Source: an uncultured bacterium (GTDB lineage Bacteria; Krumholzibacteriota; Krumholzibacteriia; Krumholzibacteriales; Krumholzibacteriaceae). Taken from it: a stretch of 25,779 nt of DNA. Of this stretch, positions 1 to 6,845 are shown piece after piece (position 1 is the first letter of the stretch; each line of letters begins with the position of its first letter). The position numbers and the translations under genes were made by a program. The stretch lies in assembly GCA_965371515.1 (NCBI GenBank), contig CBDUYR010000041.1, positions 1 through 25,779 of the forward strand. The letters are read 5' to 3'. A model generated the notes under the pieces. The model did no database searches, was not told where the DNA came from, and saw nothing but the letters and a program-made list of their open reading frames with translations.

Positions 1-32
1 ATGGTGGGCTGTGCTATAGCGCAGCCCACCAT
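1..32 (-). terminator. Strong inverted repeat downstream of the beta-propeller gene, probable intrinsic terminator
   Basis: ATGGTGGGCTG-TGC-tata-GCG-CAGCCCACCAT has an 11-bp perfect outer stem and lies 42 nt past the stop at 75. Any U-tract on the - strand would fall outside the window. Confidence 0.6.
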
Positions 33-74
33 CTTCCAAACCGACCCCCCTCGGCTTCAGTGATCCCGCGTATC

Positions 75-1565
75 TTACCTGAGAAGGATCAGTTTCTTCG
101 TCATCTCCCTCCGGTTCCCAGAATCACCAATATTCAGTTTTGCAAAGTAGATCCCCGACGACACTGTATTGCCGAGATTATCCTTCCCATCCCATGCAAG
201 TGAATACGCGCCTGTCTCCTGATGACTGTCCATCAATGTCGCGATACAGCGGCCTGAGATGTCGTAGATCTTGAGCCTCACGTTAGTAGGAGAATCAAGC
301 GAGTACGCAATCATGGTAACGGGATTGAACGGGTTCGGATAGGCAGTGAAATCCTTGACTGTTTCTAGTTCCTGCGAGGTTCCGGGAGGCCCAGGCGTTG
401 TCTTGCCATAGACGTACTTCCCCATATTCTCGGTCTTTGTCTTACCAGTTGAACAGAATAAACCAGCTAAATAAATGCATTGCTCCCGCTCGTCGATGAG
501 AAGAGCAAAACCTCTTCCAGTTTTTTCAATTCCACCCTCCAAATCCTTCCAACGCTGGTTCCACACGGCTATGCCGATAGCCTCTTTACCTCCCACTTCG
601 GTGAAATACCCGGAGACAACGAGATTGTCATCATAGACCTGCAGATCATAGATTTCAGCGAGCGAACCAGAGTCTGTATGGATCACTCCACCCTCGAACT
701 CCAGCCAGGTATATCCACCGGCATAGAACGCAAGGTTGTAGATGCCACTCTCACCATAGAAGAATCCGCCTGCGATGAGCCTTTCCTCCCCCCCGTATTC
801 ATAGGTCGTAAGGGCATATATATTCCCCTCTATAGCCACACCTGACCAGATCGAACCGTTCCAGATTCCAACAGAGCTTCTGAAGTCTCCGTTATAGAGT
901 CCGCCTGCAACCAGGTCGCCGTTGAACTCGCAGAATTCATGGACATTAGTCGGCCTGCCGCTACCTACTGGTGACCAGGAAGCACCGTCCCATCTAGCTA
1001 CATTACTCACTGTTTCTGTACCCGCTTCGTTGAAGCTTCCACCGGCGTACAGCTCCCCGTTCCATACAAACAATGCGTAAACCCTCCCATTGTTAGTATC
1101 GTTACCAACACCTTCCGCCATGGGATACCAGTTCTCGCCATCCCAACGGGCTATGTTCCTCACATCTACGGATCCCGCATCCGTGAAATTACCACCGACG
1201 ATCAGGTCACCATCATAGACGGCCAGAGCGAAGACCCTTGACAAATATCCACCGGTTAGTCCCGTACTTAGAGACAACCATTCATCACCGGCGAAAGCCG
1301 CAATATTGTTTGCCTCTGCAATCGAGCTCAGCGCTCCTCCTATCTCGGTGAATTCACCACCTACAACAATCATTCCATCGTACTCGACCATTTTCATCGC
1401 CAACTGATCTGGACCACCGTACATTATATTCGCAAACGTATTCATCCAGCCCGTTGGCTTTTTCGCGGTTGCATAACCAGCGGGAAGCAATAGTGCTATA
1501 ATCAACACTGCCGCGCCAAGTAATCTCAACCGCCTATCAAATAACACATTAGTTACCATTTCCAT
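75..1565 (-). CDS. Secreted beta-propeller repeat protein with C-terminal FlgD-Ig/T9SS-type sorting domain
   Basis: Signal peptide (RRLRLLGAAVLIIALLLPAGYATA). About 6-7 repeats of the form VxALxxxxGxLxxGGxFxxAG...NIAxWDGxxW. The C-terminus is YPNPFNP...IYDISGR...WDGKD...SSGIYF...KKLILLR. The start may be the ATG at 1559, which is better spaced from GAGGGG. Confidence 0.8.
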   Translation of the reverse strand: MEMVTNVLFDRRLRLLGAAVLIIALLLPAGYATAKKPTGWMNTFANIMYGGPDQLAMKMVEYDGMIVVGGEFTEIGGALSSIAEANNIAAFAGDEWLSLSTGLTGGYLSRVFALAVYDGDLIVGGNFTDAGSVDVRNIARWDGENWYPMAEGVGNDTNNGRVYALFVWNGELYAGGSFNEAGTETVSNVARWDGASWSPVGSGRPTNVHEFCEFNGDLVAGGLYNGDFRSSVGIWNGSIWSGVAIEGNIYALTTYEYGGEERLIAGGFFYGESGIYNLAFYAGGYTWLEFEGGVIHTDSGSLAEIYDLQVYDDNLVVSGYFTEVGGKEAIGIAVWNQRWKDLEGGIEKTGRGFALLIDEREQCIYLAGLFCSTGKTKTENMGKYVYGKTTPGPPGTSQELETVKDFTAYPNPFNPVTMIAYSLDSPTNVRLKIYDISGRCIATLMDSHQETGAYSLAWDGKDNLGNTVSSGIYFAKLNIGDSGNRREMTKKLILLR

Positions 1566-1574
1566 TACCCCTCT

Positions 1575-1622
1575 TCAATCAAGCTTCAAGAAGTTGACTA
1601 ATTCATGGAACCCTCGGAACAA
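1575..1622 (-). CDS. Putative 15-aa leader ORF (MFRGFHELVNFLKLD)
   Basis: A perfect SD, AAAGGAGGTGA (1640-1630), lies 7 nt before a TTG. The TGA stop is at 1577-1575, 9 nt before the next ATG. Confidence 0.3.
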   Translation of the reverse strand: MFRGFHELVNFLKLD

Positions 1623-1657
1623 GTGTCGTTCACCTCCTTTCCCTGTTCATAGAGTAG

Positions 1658-1681
1658 AGACGGAAGAAAAGCCGCGATTAC
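1658..1681 (-). promoter_or_regulatory. Putative ECF sigma promoter, copy 1 (GTAAT-N12-TCCGTCT)
   Basis: Same elements and spacing as the copy at 2741-2764. It resembles ECF -35 GGAA(C/T) and -10 CGTC elements. Confidence 0.6.
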
Positions 1682-1750
1682 GAGAGGGCCGATCGGATAA
1701 ATCAGGATAATTGGATTGTCTGGAAGGCTATGAAGGGATCAATGAGGATA

Positions 1751-2692
1751 TTACAGATCCGCGTCGAGCGATTCTCGAATCTCTTTTTCGAATCGTCTTG
1801 CTCGAGCGGCGAACGGTGAATCGCCCTGCTCATCAACTATGCGCTCGAGAAGTTCCAGAGCACTGAATTCGTCGCCGCGATCGGAGAGAAGTACTGCAAG
1901 ATTCAGGTTCGCGTATGGGTTATCCGGATCCTTCTTGAGGATTTCTCGGAACGCACCTTCAGAGACAGTGATATCACCTTCCATATAAGAGACTATGGCA
2001 TCGAATATCATTATATCAATATCCGCCGGATACTCCTTGAGCGCCTGTGAAGCCAGATCCCTCGCGGCATTGACTTGCCCGGTAGATATATAACCTCCCA
2101 GCAACCAATAGACGACTGCGCGTTCAGTCTTGTCCTCCTGAAATTCTCCGGCGAAGTAGGCAAGAGCCGCCCTGAGCGAATCGTTGATCCGGACATACCC
2201 GGAACGATACGCTTCAGAGACAGTATCGATGTAACGCTCTCCACCCGGAATCACCAGATGACTGTTCATCGATGCCAGTTCCACTGCTTCCCGGACACGA
2301 ATCATGTGGCTCTGGTCCAGTATCTGAACTTCTTCTCTATTCGTGAATTGATAGAATAGACTGAGCGCCATGATGAGAACGATAGATGCAGCGACGGTGA
2401 TTATTCGAATACGTGCCGGTTTCTTATAGACCTGCCCGATCTTCCGCTCTTCACTCCTGTCAACCGCCTGCCGGGCAAGTTCGATCGATTCTTCCGAGGT
2501 CTTGAGGTCGGCCGCGCCGCTCATCCAGAGCCCCTTGTACAGAACAGCCTCACGGTATGATTCAGAGCATCGACCACACGATTTGAGGTGCTCGATCATT
2601 CTGGCCCTGTCATTCTCGTTGAGTGTGCCGTCTATAAAGCCGGACAGCTCTCCCTCGTCTAAGTGGGCTCTTCTAAATGGATTGTAGACCAT
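1751..2692 (-). CDS. Anti-sigma factor: N-terminal zf-HC2 (ZAS) domain, one TM helix, extracytoplasmic TPR domain
   Basis: H10...H35-xxx-C39-xx-C42 (HLKSCGRC). Hydrophobic helix at aa ~95-116. TPR-like C-terminus (AFREILKKDPDNPYANLNLAVLL). Lies directly downstream of a sigma gene. Confidence 0.85.
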   Translation of the reverse strand: MVYNPFRRAHLDEGELSGFIDGTLNENDRARMIEHLKSCGRCSESYREAVLYKGLWMSGAADLKTSEESIELARQAVDRSEERKIGQVYKKPARIRIITVAASIVLIMALSLFYQFTNREEVQILDQSHMIRVREAVELASMNSHLVIPGGERYIDTVSEAYRSGYVRINDSLRAALAYFAGEFQEDKTERAVVYWLLGGYISTGQVNAARDLASQALKEYPADIDIMIFDAIVSYMEGDITVSEGAFREILKKDPDNPYANLNLAVLLSDRGDEFSALELLERIVDEQGDSPFAARARRFEKEIRESLDADL

Positions 2693-2740
2693 ATCGCGCT
2701 AAAAGGGGTTATCCCCTTCCTTCTCCTCTCACACAGAGAT

Positions 2741-2764
2741 AGACGGATAATCGCTTGAAATTCC
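2741..2764 (-). promoter_or_regulatory. Putative ECF sigma promoter, copy 2 (GGAAT-N12-TCCGTCT)
   Basis: Lies in the sigma/anti-sigma intergenic gap and matches copy 1 in both elements and spacing. Confidence 0.6.
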
Positions 2765-2824
2765 CTCTCAGAATATTAAAAACATGAAAAATGTTCAAGG
2801 ACACGTAATCCTCATACTGCTTAA

Positions 2825-3682
2825 TCATTTTGATTCCATGGACTTGCGGAGCTTTCGCACCACCCTGTCAATAATAGTATAGACGCGTCTCGGCTCACCA
2901 ATATCCATCTTCTCGGCGATCTCATTAGCGGATAACCCTTTATCAAATTTGAAGTGTAATACCTTTCGCTCGACCTCATGGAGCTCTGCGATCCTCTCCC
3001 GTAATTCCCGTACGTTTTCTTTGTTCTCTCTCTCGAGCATCTCCGAATCAGGTCTGACGTACCCGACATGAATGTCGTCCCTTACGCTCATCTCGACCAG
3101 ATAGCGCGCTAAAAGTATCGATCGTATTCCATGCTTTCTCGCCTGATTCTTTTCAACGAGATTTTTCAAATGGCGAGGACTCAGTACTCTTTCGATCCGC
3201 TGTATCGACGTAACGATGCCGTCAATCGTGATTCCGGGCTCGCTCCATCGAAGCTGCAGCACAATCGCTTCGAGAGGCAGCATTTCAATATAATACAACT
3301 TATAGATCAGCTTATCGCGTTTGTCGAACTTGCTGTAACCTTCCGGCTCAGTCGACCGACCGTACAGTTTTCTCAGGTAATCTCGAGCCCTGTTACGGGT
3401 AAAGACGATCAGCCAGGTCGAAAGAGAGGATTTGGCTTGGTACTTCTTCAGTGCACCTTTGTAAAGAGAGGCGAGGATTTCGACATATATGGTGCGGACC
3501 TGGTCCTCATCAGCTTCGAAGAGTTGCCGCCTGATCACACCCAATATGAGACCGGAGTAGCGCTCGACAAAGTCGTGCCACACATTCTCGGATCCCTCCT
3601 GGATGGCCGACACGAGATCGATATCGTCCTTTTGAGGAATATTTCCACCGCTCGAATCGTAGGAGTCGGATTCGCTTTTCAT
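2825..3682 (-). CDS. Sigma-70 family ECF-like RNA polymerase sigma factor with a long internal insertion
   Basis: Region 2: WHDFVERYSGLI...SSLSTWLIVFTRNRARDYLRK. Region 4 HTH: LHEVERKVLHFKFDKGLSANEIAEKM...VYTIIDRVVRKLR. Confidence 0.88.
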   Translation of the reverse strand: MKSESDSYDSSGGNIPQKDDIDLVSAIQEGSENVWHDFVERYSGLILGVIRRQLFEADEDQVRTIYVEILASLYKGALKKYQAKSSLSTWLIVFTRNRARDYLRKLYGRSTEPEGYSKFDKRDKLIYKLYYIEMLPLEAIVLQLRWSEPGITIDGIVTSIQRIERVLSPRHLKNLVEKNQARKHGIRSILLARYLVEMSVRDDIHVGYVRPDSEMLERENKENVRELRERIAELHEVERKVLHFKFDKGLSANEIAEKMDIGEPRRVYTIIDRVVRKLRKSMESK

Positions 3683-3923
3683 GTTGCTCGACCCAGGGCT
3701 GATGTGTAAGCGATCAAATGCGTGCCCTGAAATTTATAATCGATTTGCAGCCAACTGTACTCCAATATTATCGCAAGTGTCACGCCAGTTTGCTTGCTGC
3801 ATATTATACAATCGGTTAACAGATTTTGAACTGCCAGGAGTGTCCCGATTCCACACACAGGGTGTACCTGCAGGGACAATTTATGTTCTTTGTTGGATGA
3901 TGTGAGCATACTATTTTAAATAT

Positions 3924-6776
3924 ATGCGGCAAAACTCCATAAGCAATATGTTATTCAATGTGATACTCGTGCTCGTTGTCACGACGGCGGTATTTCTGGC
4001 ACCCTGCTCCAAAGACGATGATAGTATCGATCTCTTCAGCGGATTGCCCCCTGAGATTACCACGCTCCTGGTGAATGACAATGACAGCACCCTTGCCCTC
4101 TATGCTCGTGAGGCGGGTCTCGAATCGATTGTCGATGCGAACAGACATTTCGCGGATCTCATACACGGCATGTCTCAGCAGGAATATCTTCTACACTCGG
4201 ACCGCCTGTATACTCTTAATAAGCGTTTATGTATCGTGTTAGCCGAAGAATTCAACTATGAATTTTATTTGAACGATCTCGAATTCCTCGAGACCTTTCT
4301 TCCAGCCAAACGCCAGGAGATTATGATTGCACGTGCGAACATATGGACGACGGCATTTGAGCCTGGCCTCACGCACGAAACGAAAATTGACAGTCTCACC
4401 GGCTACTACAATATGATGATTGGAATAAAAGATACATGTGGCGCGTGCATGGCTAAAATGGCCCTCTCCACTGTGTACGGCGCTACCGGGGACAGGAATA
4501 AACAGAAACGGTATATCATCGATGTCAGCAAGGATTTTGCGGAGCTCGGATTTCATAGGCTGACATGCCAATCACTCGGGGTTCTCGGAACGATATATGA
4601 AAGAGAAGGCAAAATCGATTCAATGGAAATGTGCTATCAAACAGCTCTCGATCTTGCCACCAACTCTCAATTGTCCGCTCAGATCAGCCGCTTCAGCTAT
4701 TTTTACGCCCGCAGGTACGCTCGAATGGGCCGGCTGGCTCTGGCGAACGACTTTTTCAACGAGGCGATCGAGATCTGCAAGACGTACAATGGAGGATGCT
4801 TCGAAATCCGCTATATCTTCCATGCCATGGAATTCTATGCTGATTATTCGTGTTGGGAGACCGTTGAACGGCTGCTGTCAAGGGCCATAATACTCGAAAA
4901 AATTTATGACAATACAAAGCTATCGAAACGTATCGTATTTGGTAATAAGTTTATAGAGGCCCGCTGGCACATGGCGCACGGCAACGTCGAAAAGGCTAAT
5001 TCTCTCTTTCGGGAAGCCGAAAAACCATCAATGACCGGCCCGTACTTCGTCAACCACGACAATCATCTCTACTACTGGGCGCGAGGACTGCTGGATAACG
5101 GGCTTTTCGACGATGCGATCGAGATCATCGACCGTGGATTGATTAATTCAAGTCAAAAATCTCTGCCGCGAGAGGAGACCAAATTCCTCACTCTCAAAGC
5201 GAGCGCTGAATTCATGAGAGGAAACACCGAGGAAGCCCGTAAAGCTCTCGAGCGATTCGATGTCGTTTCGCCCGAGCTTCACAACCCATTAATGCATGAT
5301 TGGATCACACGGGATGTTCTCCGCGCCAGGATTGCTATGTCTGAAGGCAACAGGACAGAAGCGCTTGCATGCGTCGAGGAAGGCCTCGACCGTTTGAGAT
5401 CATTTGTAGAGCTTATGGATATCAGCGTTCAGGGATACCTATGGATCAACGATTGCATCGAGCTGCGCAGACTCATACATGAATTAACAGTCCATGACCC
5501 GAAACTCTTGTATGGAGCGGAGTTGTTCTGGCGAAGCCTCACTCTCGATATGGGAAAAAGTCAAACCAGACAGGCCAATCCGGAGACTTTATATGCTCTC
5601 GCGATGGCCGCAACAATCGGCTCTGGTATAACCGCGTGCCCCCATCCCGATGCCAGTCTTACCGATTACTTCAGCTCACTTGCCGAAAAAGTGATTTCCA
5701 GCATACGTAAACTGGACGCCGTGCACTGCATGTACATGGTGGATAATAATCATATCAAGCGAATCACTATATACCCAGACGACATTCGATGCACAACAAT
5801 CGCATGCACGAGAGAGGAACTGCATGACCTCGTCATCGAGACACACAAACATATGTCTGGTGAAAAGCATACGAATGGTAATGTGTATTCTATAGATATA
5901 CACAGCAACCTGTCAAAACTCAGTCAATATCTTCTGCCTGATGACCTTTATAAATACGCCCGCCCCGGCAATCCTCGCGCGCTTATGATCACGACAGACG
6001 ATTTCCTCAACGGCATTCCATTCGAGACATTCAACATCGGTACCGACAGCGAATATATACCTTTGCTCAAGGACTTCGATGTCGCATACCTTCGTCACTT
6101 TGAAACGAGAAACGCCCCACATAGATCCGATAATCCGGGTGTCGTCATCGTAAACTCTTACTCTGAAATTTCTTCTCGAAATCGAAATCCGTTCGGCCAC
6201 AAGCTCAGGTGCGTTAAGGCTGAAGGTCAAACTATCGCAGCCCTGGATGAGAACGCCATTCTTCTGTGGGGACTCCATGCGACGAAGCAAGCGATCAAGA
6301 AACGATGGGAAGCGGCTTCCTATCTCTATTTCGCCACACACATCATCCGTGACCCGGAGATTCCCTTCCTCGTTCTAATACCGGTCGCGACGCCGGACGG
6401 CGACTCATCGCCCGAATCAGGATACTTGGATTTCACCGATATCCGCTCTGCGGATTTCAGCAAGTGCGATGTCGTCGTCTTATCAGGGTGCTCGAGCGGA
6501 GTGCCGTCGGTCGCCACACGCAATATTGGACCGAGCCTTGGAGACGCATTTCTCGACGCTGGCGCCGCTGCCGTGATCTCAACCTTCTGGGACGTAAAAG
6601 ACGAAGAAGCACGCAGCTTGATGACATCTTACGCGCGAGAGATGGAAACAAACGGCCATTCCCACATCAAAGCTCTATGCGGCGCACGCAGAAAGTTGTT
6701 CGACGAAGATCCTTATTCACACGATTCTTTCAGCTGGGCTTCCTATGCGTTACATATCGGAAGAGTGACGGAGTAA
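3924..6776 (+). CDS. TPR-CHAT domain protein (caspase/separase-clan CD cysteine peptidase) with an N-terminal export signal
   Basis: CHAT motifs LMITTDDFLNGIPFETF, YFATH806, VVLSGC856SSG, AFLDAGAAAVISTFWDVKD and WASYALHIG. Long helical TPR-like N-terminal region. Hydrophobic N-terminus ending LAPC28. Confidence 0.88.
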   Translation: MRQNSISNMLFNVILVLVVTTAVFLAPCSKDDDSIDLFSGLPPEITTLLVNDNDSTLALYAREAGLESIVDANRHFADLIHGMSQQEYLLHSDRLYTLNKRLCIVLAEEFNYEFYLNDLEFLETFLPAKRQEIMIARANIWTTAFEPGLTHETKIDSLTGYYNMMIGIKDTCGACMAKMALSTVYGATGDRNKQKRYIIDVSKDFAELGFHRLTCQSLGVLGTIYEREGKIDSMEMCYQTALDLATNSQLSAQISRFSYFYARRYARMGRLALANDFFNEAIEICKTYNGGCFEIRYIFHAMEFYADYSCWETVERLLSRAIILEKIYDNTKLSKRIVFGNKFIEARWHMAHGNVEKANSLFREAEKPSMTGPYFVNHDNHLYYWARGLLDNGLFDDAIEIIDRGLINSSQKSLPREETKFLTLKASAEFMRGNTEEARKALERFDVVSPELHNPLMHDWITRDVLRARIAMSEGNRTEALACVEEGLDRLRSFVELMDISVQGYLWINDCIELRRLIHELTVHDPKLLYGAELFWRSLTLDMGKSQTRQANPETLYALAMAATIGSGITACPHPDASLTDYFSSLAEKVISSIRKLDAVHCMYMVDNNHIKRITIYPDDIRCTTIACTREELHDLVIETHKHMSGEKHTNGNVYSIDIHSNLSKLSQYLLPDDLYKYARPGNPRALMITTDDFLNGIPFETFNIGTDSEYIPLLKDFDVAYLRHFETRNAPHRSDNPGVVIVNSYSEISSRNRNPFGHKLRCVKAEGQTIAALDENAILLWGLHATKQAIKKRWEAASYLYFATHIIRDPEIPFLVLIPVATPDGDSSPESGYLDFTDIRSADFSKCDVVVLSGCSSGVPSVATRNIGPSLGDAFLDAGAAAVISTFWDVKDEEARSLMTSYAREMETNGHSHIKALCGARRKLFDEDPYSHDSFSWASYALHIGRVTE

Positions 6777-6810
6777 CAATAACGCTCATTGCGCTTTCCA
6801 ATCGTTACAC

Positions 6811-6839
6811 TTGACCATCGAACCCGACATGGATAATAT
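6811..6839 (+). promoter_or_regulatory. Putative sigma-70 promoter TTGACC-N17-TAATAT
   Basis: -35 at 6811-6816 and -10 at 6834-6839. The predicted TSS falls at about the ATG at 6846. Confidence 0.45.
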
Positions 6840-6845
6840 ATCCCC

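Noticed and set aside
3679..3909. 74-76 aa ORFs on both strands in the sigma/CHAT divergent gap
   Set aside because: No SD or motifs; the gap is better explained as a divergent promoter region.
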